This document shows, in pieces, positions 48,760-60,933 of a DNA stretch of 64,000 bases. The stretch covers positions 8,990,001 to 9,054,000 of the forward strand of contig OZ059899.1 in assembly GCA_964057225.1 (NCBI GenBank), written 5' to 3'. The position numbers were made by a program, and so were the translations under genes. The notes under the pieces were generated by a model, which saw only the letters and a list, made by a program, of their open reading frames with translations, made no database searches and had not been told where the DNA came from. Source of the DNA: Auanema rhodensis (Eukaryota > Animalia > Nematoda). Numbering within the stretch: position 1 is the first letter of the stretch; each line of letters starts with the position of its first letter.

Positions 48760-50094
48760 TTACAAACTGGTATCAATATATGGAGCACGATTGTTGTCAA
48801 TTGAAAGAATAGAGTCATATTCTGCATAAACAATAGCATATAAACCCTCTTGCGGCGTTTGTTGACCAAATTCCAATTTCAGGGCCACATTACCTTGTCG
48901 TATAACATCAAATAACTCGGACGAGTGTACAGTCGGTGAAATATCAAATACAAAAAATGTGAAGCCGGTTTTATACATTGCTGGTGTAATACCATTGGAT
49001 GAATCTGTACGACCAAGGCCCAAACCCTCCAACATATCAATATATGCTGTGGCATAGGAAGAACGCCATTCTAAATTATAAGGGCGGGTAGGTATTACCC
49101 GATTGTTGAGCGTCAAGTATATATTTTTCAATTCAAACGGTTTAAAGTTGAATGGCGAATGTTTAAAAGTACCATTATAGGCGTGTGCGCCGACAAGACC
49201 TACTACAACACGTTTCGGTGTATGCGACGTGAATAATATGTTATTGGGTGAATCCAAACGGCCTCCTTCTATGAAATAAGAGCGCATTTTCACTGACGTC
49301 ATGGGGTAGTGTATTCGTTCCTTTACAAGTTTATCTTCTATAGTCATAGCTAATCCAGCGTTTAGATCAAACTCTTGAATAAGCAAGTGCACATCGTTGA
49401 TATCTATTTTCAGGTTTGGAAACTCCTCCTTCATTGCAGCATCCTTGCTTTCATTATTCCATCCAAGTGTGTCAATTAAGAAATTATCACGGTTTGGATA
49501 TGCAGTTAGCTCTATTTTTGAATAGTTTACAAACAGTCGTTCCTGATTGAATAAGTCGATACTGATGGGAGCAGCCATCTCACACAATATGCCATTTTTA
49601 ACAAGCCCTTGTCGCGCTCTAAATCCAGGACTGGCTGCATTATCTATATATCTATCCGCATAATAGCCTGATATGGCAAGTTTGCTCTCTTTAACATCGT
49701 TGCTATACATTAGAATATTCTCAATATATGTTTTGTAGGCATGATTCACGGTAGAGTCATACACGCTAACATCACCAATTTTTAAATGATACGAGTGTAT
49801 CAAACTGGCTGCAAATTGTTGGCATGGTGCAAAAACAAGGTTGTCTGGTACTGGATCGCCGTTTGTGGTTACAATTTTGAATTTTACATTCAACCAACAC
49901 CTTCTCAGATTAAGAAATGATTTGGAATTTTGGGCTATAACAAATTCCCATGGTCCTTGAGGAAGAAAAGTATTTTTTAAAGGAACTTGTACAGTACGAG
50001 TTGATTCAACACCTAATGCCGACGCCGGTATGTCACTATAATTAATATTAGGTAAAAGTGCTTGTGCTGATTTTGAATCTATCAATTTAGCCAT
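48760..50094 (-). CDS. Major capsid protein (unit 3)
   Basis: 444-aa ORF. Confidence 0.88.
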   Translation of the reverse strand: MAKLIDSKSAQALLPNINYSDIPASALGVESTRTVQVPLKNTFLPQGPWEFVIAQNSKSFLNLRRCWLNVKFKIVTTNGDPVPDNLVFAPCQQFAASLIHSYHLKIGDVSVYDSTVNHAYKTYIENILMYSNDVKESKLAISGYYADRYIDNAASPGFRARQGLVKNGILCEMAAPISIDLFNQERLFVNYSKIELTAYPNRDNFLIDTLGWNNESKDAAMKEEFPNLKIDINDVHLLIQEFDLNAGLAMTIEDKLVKERIHYPMTSVKMRSYFIEGGRLDSPNNILFTSHTPKRVVVGLVGAHAYNGTFKHSPFNFKPFELKNIYLTLNNRVIPTRPYNLEWRSSYATAYIDMLEGLGLGRTDSSNGITPAMYKTGFTFFVFDISPTVHSSELFDVIRQGNVALKLEFGQQTPQEGLYAIVYAEYDSILSIDNNRAPYIDTSL

Positions 50095-50547
50095 TTAAAT
50101 ACGATACGACCGCTCACGAGTTATGCACAGACGCTTATGAGGTTTTGTGGTTTTGCGTCGTCGCCGCTTGCCCAAACCGGTAAGATCTCGTATAGCCTGC
50201 CGGCCGGCTGTTTTAAGAGTTTGCTTGATATTATCGCCCTTGAGCACCCCATCAACAATTTCATTGCTAGTTTTTAGCAACTGGCCGCCAAGAGGTGAAT
50301 TTACAACTGGACTATTGCTTACAGCACTGGATAATGCATTCCTTCTAGCATTGATGAGATTTTGGGCTATAGGTGATTGAATAATGCGTGGTAAAAACGA
50401 TGCCAATGTTGCCAGTATACCACCCAGGCCATGACCTCTCTGCATACCACGTTGAAACATCATTCCACTAAATGGCGCCCCACCCATTTGTTGATTCAAA
50501 AGTGTTGTCCATTGAATTGAGTTCAAGTCTAGAAGGAGGTGTGGCAT
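50095..50547 (-). CDS. Basic core-like protein (unit 3)
   Basis: As unit 1. Confidence 0.7.
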   Translation of the reverse strand: MPHLLLDLNSIQWTTLLNQQMGGAPFSGMMFQRGMQRGHGLGGILATLASFLPRIIQSPIAQNLINARRNALSSAVSNSPVVNSPLGGQLLKTSNEIVDGVLKGDNIKQTLKTAGRQAIRDLTGLGKRRRRKTTKPHKRLCITRERSYRI

Positions 50548-50597
50548 ATTGAACCGCACGTGCGCAATACAAAAGTTACACTAGATCATTTTACTAA

Positions 50598-51053
50598 ATG
50601 TATTCGTCTGAAATAGCGTCACTATTGCGATCTGTCCGCATCACTCGAAAACTATTCCTCGGTGTATTTAGCGCCGATACTCTACCCAAAACACGACGAA
50701 AGAACTTTGCACTTGTTGTAAATACTGACACACATGATAAACCGGGCACACATTGGCAAGTCATCTTTGTACGTAATGATCAAGCCTACTTTTTCTGTAG
50801 CTTGGGTTATAAAATGAACAAGTACATTCGTCATTATCTGGCCAAATATAAAAATGTAAAAGTTAATACTTGCAAACCACAACGCATAATTGAATACACT
50901 TGTGGTGGTTATGCAATATTTGTAATACTAATGTTGTCAGCTGGTAATACATTTGAAAGCATTTGTTCATTTTTTAAACTATTACAAAACGATGATGTCT
51001 TTATTAAAGCGTTTATGCATAAAGTATTCGACTATAAATTATCTAGCATATGA
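50598..51053 (+). CDS. Adenain-like protease (unit 3)
   Basis: As unit 1. Confidence 0.88.
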   Translation: MYSSEIASLLRSVRITRKLFLGVFSADTLPKTRRKNFALVVNTDTHDKPGTHWQVIFVRNDQAYFFCSLGYKMNKYIRHYLAKYKNVKVNTCKPQRIIEYTCGGYAIFVILMLSAGNTFESICSFFKLLQNDDVFIKAFMHKVFDYKLSSI

Positions 51054-51311
51054 TCAACTTCGCCATTAAAACGTCACCTGCTACATTAGGTGGTCAGTTA
51101 TGAATATTCCCTGTCACTGTGAATTATGTATAAGATACACGTTGGAACAATCTGTGCCAACACCCCTGTACAAAAAGATTTTGAAACGTATTTCAGTGCC
51201 ATTCATTAAAGGAATATCTCTGGGACTAGGCTTTTGTATAACACTAGTCATTATTCCACTCATTATATAAAAGTGAGTTGACTGTGTGTGGTTGTTTTTC
51301 AATTTCCTCTA

Positions 51312-51776
51312 ATGGAACTTTTATGTAACAAGTATTGTGTTACGTGCAAGGAAATATTTTCATCAGCCAAGCATTTTAGTGATCACGTATTAAAAAGACA
51401 TGACGGGATTCAACCCGTATGTAACAGTTATATCAGCAATGCTGACTTTATTCAAAAATATGGACATTTGGATGGTGTTCGTAGACGTTTGTGCCCTTAT
51501 TGTAGTGAAACTTTTGGAACAAGATTCAATTGTCAGCGTCATATTCGGCGTCTTCATAATAGTAATGGAACGAATGGTAAAGATGGTGATGGAAATGATA
51601 CCAGCGAACCCTCTGAAAAAACTGAGGAGTTTGTACAGTCAACCGAACCAAAACGATGCCGCTGCAATAGTAACCGAGAATATTCACAACACGAGCCGCG
51701 CATCGAACAAAACGGCGCTGAACTACCTTTTAAACCTTCGAAAATCGTAATGTGGTCTTGTATAACTGTTGAATGA
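51312..51776 (+). CDS. C2H2 zinc-finger protein (unit 3)
   Basis: As unit 1. Confidence 0.75.
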   Translation: MELLCNKYCVTCKEIFSSAKHFSDHVLKRHDGIQPVCNSYISNADFIQKYGHLDGVRRRLCPYCSETFGTRFNCQRHIRRLHNSNGTNGKDGDGNDTSEPSEKTEEFVQSTEPKRCRCNSNREYSQHEPRIEQNGAELPFKPSKIVMWSCITVE

Positions 51777-51781
51777 AACAT

Positions 51782-52596
51782 TTATTTCACATTTTTAACA
51801 TGTAATGTAACAACTGTAGAACCATAATTAAATTGCATAGGGCGGCCAAATTCATCTAAAATTTCAATACGTATAGTATCGAGTGTTTGCTTAGTGATTG
51901 GTACATAACGAATAGGATTAAATGTTTTGGCAATCATTTTACCAAATTCGGTGGGAGGTGGTACAGGTAAACATGCAAGTAAATTAGCTTTCACATTACC
52001 GAGAATGGAATATTCTACAATATCACAATATATATACATTGTATTAATGTTATTTGAAAAATCAATGGGGCGCCTGGCTATTAACGTGTCGTTGATAATT
52101 TTATTCTCAAAGCCGAGAAAATATGCGAGAGCATCACCGAGTGTTGCATTCAATAATAGCCGCTTACTTGTTACAAACTCTATGCGTTGTAGTGTTTTGT
52201 TAAACCGAAACGTGGCGTCTGCCAGCATTTCCTTGACAAGTTTAGCCTCAGCTTGTCGATTATTATACCACTTTTTCACATCTTCATCTTTATCTATCAA
52301 ACCCTTTATACGTGCTTCTTCCTCAGCTCCAAGAGGTTTAGTGCTGCTAGCAATAAATTGTTCTTTTCCAGCATTGATTCCGCGTATTATTTCATCACCA
52401 TTTGCATAGTTACCTTTGGGCAAGTGCAGAATAAACTTTCTGTTGGAAAAACGTAGTGTATAAGAAAGATTTTCTTGTACATTTAATATCGAACACGGAA
52501 AAATTATGTCTGTCAGCCCAATGCAATATCTGTTATTGCGTAGCCTTAATGTTTCAGGTAACCTGGTAAGAAACACTGATGAGGTATTACTTTTTT
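51782..52596 (-). pseudogene. Minor capsid gene, 5'-truncated (unit 3)
   Basis: Same 169-bp deletion as unit 2. Confidence 0.85.
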
Positions 52597-53197
52597 AACG
52601 CAATGTGGTAAAACTACCCTTATAAAACGTATATGTGAAAATACTGAAAAGTTTTTCAACGTCCCCATTGATAGAATATTCTGGTTCAGTCAATGTGGAG
52701 CATCGTCAGGTGTTCCATTAAATGATGAGCGTTTAATAGTTATTCAAGGACCACCTGATCCGGATATAATAAAAGAGCAAAAGGGAGTAAACACCATACT
52801 AGTGCTGGATGATTTGATGAATTTTTTCTCATCGAATAAAGCGGCTAAAGAATTACTCAACAACATTTTTACAGTGTGGGCACATCACTGGAATTTGGCA
52901 GTGTTTAATCTTGTGCAAGCTACATTTCAGCTAGACAGGACCAGTCGAATTAATAGTACATATATAATACTGATGAAAAGTCATTCGGATATATTACAAA
53001 TACGTAATTGTCTGCAACAATTATTTGGCCCCCGCTTTAAAAATGCTCTAGAAGCATATGATGATGCAATGTCTACACCCTATAGTCATTTACTGATTGA
53101 CAACCATCCTTTAACAAATGAGAAACAGCGTATACTATCAGATATAACAGCGGAGCACCCTATTGTTTATGTAGCCAGAAATATATTCAGTGTTTAA
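52597..53197 (+). pseudogene. Packaging ATPase, 5'-truncated (unit 3)
   Basis: Same deletion. Confidence 0.88.
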
Positions 53198-53209
53198 TGT
53201 GCATGTTCA

Positions 53210-53518
53210 ATGAGTGGTCGTATTTTGTCAAATTACAACTTTTTATCTTCTTGTGCCAAAACCCCTTGTTCTGTTTCCTCATTTTCTTTTTCACAAATTG
53301 AAATTATTGTTGAAATTGTATTTAATATTGTGAAAAATAATAATTTTCTCTTAACTAACAAGGAATATAAAACCCTTTTGCCCATATCCTCATTATTACG
53401 TCAAATAGCTTTGATACGCACACCCGAAAAGGCTAAAACTTTATTGGCAACGATTTCACACAAACAATTGAAAACAATAGTTTCATGCGGAATTGCTTAT
53501 TTTGGTTTTAAAAGATGA
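53210..53518 (+). CDS. 102-aa Polinton protein (unit 3)
   Basis: As unit 1. Confidence 0.65.
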   Translation: MSGRILSNYNFLSSCAKTPCSVSSFSFSQIEIIVEIVFNIVKNNNFLLTNKEYKTLLPISSLLRQIALIRTPEKAKTLLATISHKQLKTIVSCGIAYFGFKR

Positions 53519-54252
53519 AACTCAATCATAAATATCGTCTAATCCCTGTTGATGATGAAACGCTGAATATAGACAAGTTTGATGCTGAATTGAAGCTCTT
53601 ACGAGAGAATAAATCTATACCCGATTATAAAAAGTCTGAACTATACGAAGACTTGATTACCCGTCTCAAAAACTATAGAGAAAGCATAGATGCGCCTATA
53701 TCAGTACAAGTGGAAAATGCTGATCCACCATTATTGCCAGAATACAAGCTGCCACGAAAGTATAACGATCTGTGGGAAAGATTTCCAGAGGTGCGTACAA
53801 ACAAAAATAACCAACTTGTGATTAATAATGAGCCCGTACCAAACACAAATATTACAAAAATTTTGGATTTTGTACTGGATAAAACAAAGACGGAACCCAA
53901 TGGATTCTCAGTATTAGCCAAATTCTTAGCCAGTAATGGGGTCTCTAGCCCTAACAAGAAGGCAAAAAATGTAGAGCCTGCCGTCAGTAACAAGGATTCA
54001 GTTGATCCCGTGCCTACATCCACATTGGCTGTCACAGACTTGGATGCTACTATTAATATATTACCTAGAACACCACGTCATCGTAAGGCTGTTATTCGAT
54101 ATTCACCCTCTCCGCGTCGTACATTCAAATCCAAAGCAATAAATAAAAAGGCAAAACCCGCTGACACTGGTGAATCTTATTACACACCTCAGGCGGGAGA
54201 AACACAGAATGGCAAAGGCCGTAAACGATTCTACATTAGATTATGGAAGTAA
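53515..54252 (+). CDS. 245-aa Polinton protein (unit 3)
   Basis: As unit 1. Confidence 0.75.
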   Translation: MKLNHKYRLIPVDDETLNIDKFDAELKLLRENKSIPDYKKSELYEDLITRLKNYRESIDAPISVQVENADPPLLPEYKLPRKYNDLWERFPEVRTNKNNQLVINNEPVPNTNITKILDFVLDKTKTEPNGFSVLAKFLASNGVSSPNKKAKNVEPAVSNKDSVDPVPTSTLAVTDLDATINILPRTPRHRKAVIRYSPSPRRTFKSKAINKKAKPADTGESYYTPQAGETQNGKGRKRFYIRLWK

Positions 54253-55276
54253 TGTTTTGGAGAACATTTATTATAATATTAAGCATCCAGCTTCTTATAC
54301 GTCTGCCAAAAATCTATTATTGGAAGCGCGAAAGCATGGCATCGCAAAAGCACAAGTTGAAAGTTTTTTGCAAGACTCTGAAACTTTTACACGTCATAAA
54401 CCAACCAGACTGCATATGCAGACTAAAAAGACTAGAGGCTGTGGTCGATTCCTAACAATGCAAGCAGATTTGGTTGATATGCAAAAATATAAAAAATTAA
54501 ACGAAGGCTATGCTTACATGTTGACCATGATTGATGTTTATACACGCATGTTATATGTTAGGCCTTTGAAAACTAAAGGTGGTATAGAGGTTGCTAGTGC
54601 ATTTGAAAGTTTATTCAAGAATTTTATACCAATTCAGCCGATTACTGATAATGGCACAGAGTTTTATAATAGTCATTGTGAAAAACTATTCAAAAAGTTT
54701 GCCATACTGCACGGATCTACAAGTTCACCACAAAAGGCTGCAATGGTGGAGCGAGCAAATAGAACTTTAAAAACGCGCATGATGAAATATCTCTATTACA
54801 AGAATAATCATCGATGGATTGATATACTAGATGACTTGGTCGAAGGAATAAACAAATCTTATAATCGGTCGATTAAAATGCGCCCCGTAGATGTTACAGC
54901 AAATATATTCGTTGAAGAATATGCACCAGCTGTTCGCAACCGATTCAAAATTGGTGATACTGTTCGCATAAGCAAAAATAGGCGTACTTTTGAAAAAAGC
55001 TACGAGTCTGGATATACAATGGAGCTGTTCACAATTGATGAGGTTGTAACCGGAAACCCAACCGTGTATAAACTTGTAGATTATAATGGTGAACGTATAA
55101 AGGGAATATTCTACGAACCTGAACTTGTCTTGGCTACTAATAAAAGCAACAAGTACTATATAGAAAAAGTTTCAAAAGAGCGTACTCGAAGCGGTAAACG
55201 TCAAGTATTTGTAAAATGGAGTGGATATCCCGACAACTTTAATGAATGGATAGATGCAGAAAATTTAAATGTATAA
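54209..55276 (+). CDS. RVE integrase-chromodomain (unit 3)
   Basis: Open frame, DDE triad intact. Confidence 0.9.
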   Translation: MAKAVNDSTLDYGSNVLENIYYNIKHPASYTSAKNLLLEARKHGIAKAQVESFLQDSETFTRHKPTRLHMQTKKTRGCGRFLTMQADLVDMQKYKKLNEGYAYMLTMIDVYTRMLYVRPLKTKGGIEVASAFESLFKNFIPIQPITDNGTEFYNSHCEKLFKKFAILHGSTSSPQKAAMVERANRTLKTRMMKYLYYKNNHRWIDILDDLVEGINKSYNRSIKMRPVDVTANIFVEEYAPAVRNRFKIGDTVRISKNRRTFEKSYESGYTMELFTIDEVVTGNPTVYKLVDYNGERIKGIFYEPELVLATNKSNKYYIEKVSKERTRSGKRQVFVKWSGYPDNFNEWIDAENLNV

Positions 55277-55573
55277 TTTTTCACTGTTGTTGTAAACAAT
55301 TGTAATTATAATAAATGATTTATTTGATATATCGCATAATGTAACAATAAAAAACCAGCAAAATACAAACAACAATTCAACCTGGAAAAAAAAATGTAGA
55401 CTATTCAAATTTTCAAATTCTTACCAGTTGGTTGATCATTCGTCCTCAATTGATGAGCCATTGATGGATATTCGCAAGAGCTGGAAAAAAAAAATGTTAC
55501 GGCTGAGAATATAAAAATGCCACATAACAAAACAAGAATAAAACGCCAATTGTACTATTTGTGCTTGTTGTAG

Positions 55574-56160
55574 TCAAAATGAAGGATCAAAGCGGATAAA
55601 CATGTTCAGGTTGAGTGCTTCAGGACTTAGTTTAAAGTAGAATACATTCTGCTTATAACCAAAAGTCTTTACAGTAGCCTCATCTGCATATATAACAATA
55701 TAGCCCATATTGTTCAACAATTGCTTGCACGTCATGGTGTTATAAGAGCGCATCTAAAAAAAATTATAAAATTGAAAATAAATAAATATGCAAGCTTACA
55801 TTAATAGAAAAGTTTTCGGGCTTATAGTGACGAAACTCCTTCAAAAGACCCAACGCATCATTCCTTCCTCTACACTTTATACAGAGGCTGAAACAGTGAT
55901 ACTCGTCTATAACCTGCAATGATTCCCTACAAGTTTTGCAGAGACAAATTGGTCTCATTAATACACTCCTTGGTGGAGTGCTCTCTCTCAGAATCTCCAT
56001 CTGCTTTATTGGTGAATCTAAATTAAAGATTTAAAAAAGACAAGTTAAGGTTCATACCAAAACTTGTGAAATTTGGTGCTGGTGTGGGTGGTCGTGGTAC
56101 TTCAGGTTCAGGCGATTTGCGCACAACATTTGTCACATCAGCAAGTACAGCACGCTTCAT
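55574..56160 (-). CDS. Spliced D-box Cys-rich protein, subfamily B, intact
   Basis: MKRAVLADVTN...PPTP...PICLCKTC...HCFSLCIKC...IRFDPSF*; same two intron positions as subfamily A. Confidence 0.75.
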
Positions 56161-56982
56161 TTCCGCTAAAGATCCAACTTTCTAAAATATAAGGCAAACT
56201 TGCAGAGAGGAGCAGTCTATGGCGATTGGCAAAGAGTGGCAGGAGATGGTGAAACGTCGGATCCTCGGATAGTCGGCAGAGCTGAAATGTAAATGTAGCA
56301 AAATTGCCAACCTTTTATACAAAGATTTTTGTAAAGTACAACCCATTGTGTTACAATCAAGTTTGCTGATGAAATTCTTTTATTAATTAGATTTTACAGC
56401 ATATTTATGCAGATATACTCATCTCATCGACAGTTGCCAACAGTTGGCGCACTCTGAACCTGTAAACAATCTGCATATTAATTAGTTTTTACATCTCTTT
56501 AAACATTATTGTTTACCGTTTGTGCCATAAACAACAGCCATCTCTGTAAAACATTTAGGCTTTTTAAACTTTGCTTAATAGCTCATATATTATTCATAGT
56601 ATAGTTTTACACCCATATTGTAGCACAAAACATATGACTGCCAACGTTTTATATGTAAAAATATTTCATTCTTGAATATTTAAAAATGATTATATTACGA
56701 AACTAAAACTTTTGAAATGTTAAAATGATTATACTATATTTAAACCCCCACAGTGCAGTTATTACTGTTTATTAACCATCGATATGCGTTTCATTGAGGT
56801 CAGCGCAACTGTTTGTTAATCTTATTGTATTTACCTTCAATGTGTGCTCTATAGAGTTATTGTATTGTTATATTAGTAAAATAAAGTTTAAAACTAATCT
56901 TTTATTATAATTTGAAACCTTTACTTGTTAGAATAAATATAATTAATAACAATTCGCAATTTCAAAAATTAATAATTTAATG

Positions 56983-57052
56983 TCGTTCTTATCGAATTAA
57001 CTTTCGATATGTGTTCCATTGAATTACCCATAACAAGTACGGTGAACAAAAT
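56983..57052 (-). repeat. Inverted copy of left-arm subterminal sequence including one palindromic box
   Basis: Reverse complement resembles 11279-11349 (ttttgttcaccgtac..tatgggtaa..caatggaacacatatcgaaagttaattcgataagaacga). Confidence 0.8.
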
Positions 57053-57559
57053 TATCTACATGCAAAAATTTTATTGATCTTTAAAAATACAAATAAAATA
57101 GTACAAACACAATACAATAAAAAATAAACAAAATAAGTAAACAAACATTATTAATAAATATAATAAAGAAATAAAGAAATAAATAAAATTTAAAAACAAA
57201 TTTATATATTTAAAATTTAAATATAATTTATATATAAAATTTAAAGTTTAAATATAATTTATATATATAAAATTTAAATATAATTTAAATATTTAAAGTT
57301 TAAATAAAATTTATATATATATAAAATTTAAGTATAATTTAAATATTTAAAATTAAGATGTCTGCAACAATTATTTGGCCCCCGCTTTAAAAATGCTCTA
57401 GAAGCATATGATGATGCAATGTCTACACCCTATAGTCATTTACTGATTGACAACCATCCTTTAACAAATGAGAAACAGCGTATACTATCAGATATAACAG
57501 CGGAGCACCCTATTGTTTATGTAGCCAGAAATATATTCAGTGTTTAATGTGCATGTTCA

Positions 57560-57868
57560 ATGAGTGGTCGTATTTTGTCAAATTACAACTTTTTATCTTC
57601 TTGTGCCAAAACCCCTTGTTCTGTTTCCTCATTTTCTTTTTCACAAATTGAAATTATTGTTGAAATTGTATTTAATATTGTGAAAAATAATAATTTTCTC
57701 TTAACTAACAAGGAATATAAAACCCTTTTGCCCATATCCTCATTATTACGTCAAATAGCTTTGATACGCACACCCGAAAAGGCTAAAACTTTATTGGCAA
57801 CGATTTCACACAAACAATTGAAAACAATAGTTTCATGCGGAATTGCTTATTTTGGTTTTAAAAGATGA
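57560..57868 (+). CDS. 102-aa Polinton protein (fragment 4)
   Basis: As unit 1. Confidence 0.6.
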   Translation: MSGRILSNYNFLSSCAKTPCSVSSFSFSQIEIIVEIVFNIVKNNNFLLTNKEYKTLLPISSLLRQIALIRTPEKAKTLLATISHKQLKTIVSCGIAYFGFKR

Positions 57869-58602
57869 AACTCAATCATAAATATCGTCTAATCCCTGTT
57901 GATGATGAAACGCTGAATATAGACAAGTTTGATGCTGAATTGAAGCTCTTACGAGAGGATAAATCTATACCCGATCATAAAAAGGCTGAACTATACGAAG
58001 ACTTGATTACCCGTCTCAAAAACTATAGAGAAAGCATAGATGCGCCTATATCAGTACAAGTGGAAAATGCTGATCCACCATTATTGCCAGAATACAAGCT
58101 GCCACGAAAGTATAACGATCTGTGGGAAAGATTTCCAGAGGTGCGTACAAACAAAAATAACCAACTTGTGATTAATAATGAGCCCGTACCAAACACAAAT
58201 ATTACAAAAATTTTGGATTTTGTACTGGATAAAACAAAGACGGAACCCAATGGATTCTCAGTATTAGCCAAATTTTTAGCCAGTAATGGGGTCTCTAGCC
58301 CTAACAAGAAGGCAAAAAATGAAGAGCCTGCCGTCAGTAACAAGGATTCAGTTGATCCCGTGCCTACATCCACATTGGCTGTCACAGACTTGGATGCTAC
58401 TATTAATATATTACCTAGAACACCACGTCATCGTAAGGCTGTTATTCGATATTCACCCTCTCCGCGTCGTACATTCAAATCCAAAACAATAAATAAAAAG
58501 GCAAAACCCGCTGACACTGGTGAATCTTATTACACACCTCAGGCGGGAGAAACACAGAATGGCAAAGGCCGTAAACGATTCTACATTAGATTATGGAAGT
58601 AA
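57865..58602 (+). CDS. 245-aa Polinton protein (fragment 4)
   Basis: As unit 1. Confidence 0.7.
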   Translation: MKLNHKYRLIPVDDETLNIDKFDAELKLLREDKSIPDHKKAELYEDLITRLKNYRESIDAPISVQVENADPPLLPEYKLPRKYNDLWERFPEVRTNKNNQLVINNEPVPNTNITKILDFVLDKTKTEPNGFSVLAKFLASNGVSSPNKKAKNEEPAVSNKDSVDPVPTSTLAVTDLDATINILPRTPRHRKAVIRYSPSPRRTFKSKTINKKAKPADTGESYYTPQAGETQNGKGRKRFYIRLWK

Positions 58603-59626
58603 TGTTTTGGAGAACATTTATTATAATATTAAGCATCCAGCTTCTTATACGTCTGCCAAAAATCTATTATTGGAAGCGCGAAAGCATGGCATCGCAAAAG
58701 CACAAGTTGAAAGTTTTTTGCAAGACTCTGAAACTTTTACACGTCATAAACCAACCAGACTGCATATGCAGACTAAAAAGACTAGAGGCTGTGGTCGATT
58801 CCTAACAATGCAAGCAGATTTGGTTGATATGCAAAAATATAAAAAATCAAATGACGGCTATGCTTACATGTTGACCATGATTGATGTTTATACACGCATG
58901 TTATATGTTATGCCTTTGAAAACTAAAGGTGGTTTAGAGGTTGCTACTGCATTTGAAAATGTATTCAAGGATTTTATACCAATCCAACTAATAACGGATA
59001 ACGGTGCAGAGTTTTATAATAGTCATTGTGAAAAACTATTCAAAAAATTTGCCATACTGCATGGATCAACAAGTTCACCACAAAAGGCGGCAATGGTGGA
59101 GCGAGCAAATAGAACTTTAAAAACGCGCATGATGAAATATCTCTATTACAAGAATAATCATCGATGGATTGATATACTAGATGACTTGGTCGAAGGAATA
59201 AACAAATCTTATAATCGGTCGATTAAAATGCGCCCCGTAGATGTTACAGCAAATATATTCGTTGAAGAATATGCACCAGCTGTTCGCAACCGATTCAAAA
59301 TTGGTGATAATGTTCGCATAAGCAAGAACAGGCGTACTTTTGAAAAAAGTTACGAGTCTGGATATACAATGGAACTATTCACAATTGATGAGATTGTAGC
59401 CGGGAAACCAACCGTGTATAAACTTGTAGATTATAATGGTGAACGTATAAAGGGAATATTCTATGAGCCTGAACTTGTGTTGGCTACTAATAAAAGCAAC
59501 CAGTACTATATTGAGAAAGTTTTAAAAGAGCGTACACGAAATGGTAAACGCCAAGTATTTGTAAAATGGAGTGGCTATCCCGACAACTTTAATGAATGGA
59601 TAGATGCAGAAAATTTAAATGTATAA
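58559..59626 (+). CDS. RVE integrase-chromodomain (fragment 4)
   Basis: Open frame, DDE triad intact. Confidence 0.9.
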   Translation: MAKAVNDSTLDYGSNVLENIYYNIKHPASYTSAKNLLLEARKHGIAKAQVESFLQDSETFTRHKPTRLHMQTKKTRGCGRFLTMQADLVDMQKYKKSNDGYAYMLTMIDVYTRMLYVMPLKTKGGLEVATAFENVFKDFIPIQLITDNGAEFYNSHCEKLFKKFAILHGSTSSPQKAAMVERANRTLKTRMMKYLYYKNNHRWIDILDDLVEGINKSYNRSIKMRPVDVTANIFVEEYAPAVRNRFKIGDNVRISKNRRTFEKSYESGYTMELFTIDEIVAGKPTVYKLVDYNGERIKGIFYEPELVLATNKSNQYYIEKVLKERTRNGKRQVFVKWSGYPDNFNEWIDAENLNV

Positions 59627-60933
59627 TTTTTCACTGTTGTTGTAAACAATTGTATTAATAATAAATGATTTATTTGATCAATCGTTCTTATTGTAACAAT
59701 AAAAAACCAGCAAAACATAAAAGCCAAGACAATGATATAACCTATAATTATAAACTGATTAATATTTAAATTTTCAATGCTTACCAGTTGGTTAGAGAGT
59801 CGGCTGTTGATGGATAATTTCAAACTTCAAGAGCTGGAAAAAAATGTTACGGCTAAGAAAATTTAAATATAACATAACAAAATCAACCAACTGTCCATTA
59901 AACAGTTTGTGCTTGTTGTAGTCAAAACGATGGATCAAAACGGATAAGCATATTCAAGTTGAGCGCCTGTTGACTTAATTTAAAGTAGAACACATTCTGC
60001 TTATAACCAAAAGACTTGACAGTTGACTCATCAGTATAAATGGCAATGTAACCCATATTATTCAACAATTGTTTTGATGACATATTGGTCTCATAACTAC
60101 AGGCTGTTGTGAAGAGCTATCCTTTGAGATTTGTACCTGCTTTTTTGGTATGTCTAAACAAAAAATAATTGATAACAAAAATAAAACCTTACCAAAGAAT
60201 GTGGCAGCAAAGTTGGGTCCTGGTGTGGGTGGTCGTGGAACATCCGGTTCCGATGTCGAAGGTACAATATTCTCTAAATCAACAAGAGCGGAACGCTTCA
60301 TGTTTGTAGCCCAATTGGAGGCTTTTCCTAAACAACAACGAACTTTTACGTCTAGGGTCCAAGTAGAGTAGAGGAAAGTCCTAGCAGCAGTCTGTTGACG
60401 TTCGATCAGATCGTCGACTTGTTGGCAGAGGTGGATCGGCGAGAAGACTTGGTGGCGGAGCTGGATCGAAGAGTAGACTTGTTGACAGAGCTGGATCGTA
60501 GAGTCGACTTGATGGCGGAGCTGAAATGCAAATTTCGGATCGTCGACTTGTTGGCAGAGGTGGATCGGCGATCGGTGATCAGATCGTCGACTTGTTGGCA
60601 GAGGTGGATCGGCGAGAAGATTTGGTGGCGGAGCTGGATCGGAGAGTAGACTTGTTGACAGAGCTGGATCGTAGAGTCGACTTTTTGGCGGAGCTGAAAT
60701 GCATATTTCGGTCTAAAAAATTTTGCCACCTTTTATACAAACTTTGTTGTAAAGCTATACCAGTAGAGAGCCATGCCGAATTTATTAACCACGCCCCCAA
60801 ACAGTTGCTAAAAACATACTTTTGAGGGCGTCAGCTGCTAAAAACATACTTTTGGGGGCGCCAGCTGTCAAAATCATATTTTCGGCGTCAGCTGTCAAAA
60901 ATATACTTTTTCTCCCGAGGCAGGCTCTCGAGC

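Larger units (their letters stand above)
41012..57358 (+). mobile_element. Polinton/Maverick unit 3; chimeric, with a subfamily-B right arm; no right terminus
   Basis: Nearly identical to unit 2 up to the integrase, then divergent from ~55.3 kb; ends in an AT-rich tract fused to an ATPase fragment. Confidence 0.92.
57359..60761 (+). mobile_element. Polinton fragment 4 (ATPase 3' end to subfamily-A right arm)
   Basis: Begins inside the ATPase (tgtctgcaac); its D-box gene (59922-60301) has an internal deletion at a gacat microhomology. Confidence 0.9.

Noticed and set aside
10562-57358. Bacterial prophage or tectivirus
   Set aside because: Spliceosomal introns, chromodomain RVE integrase and AATAAA signals indicate a eukaryotic Polinton.
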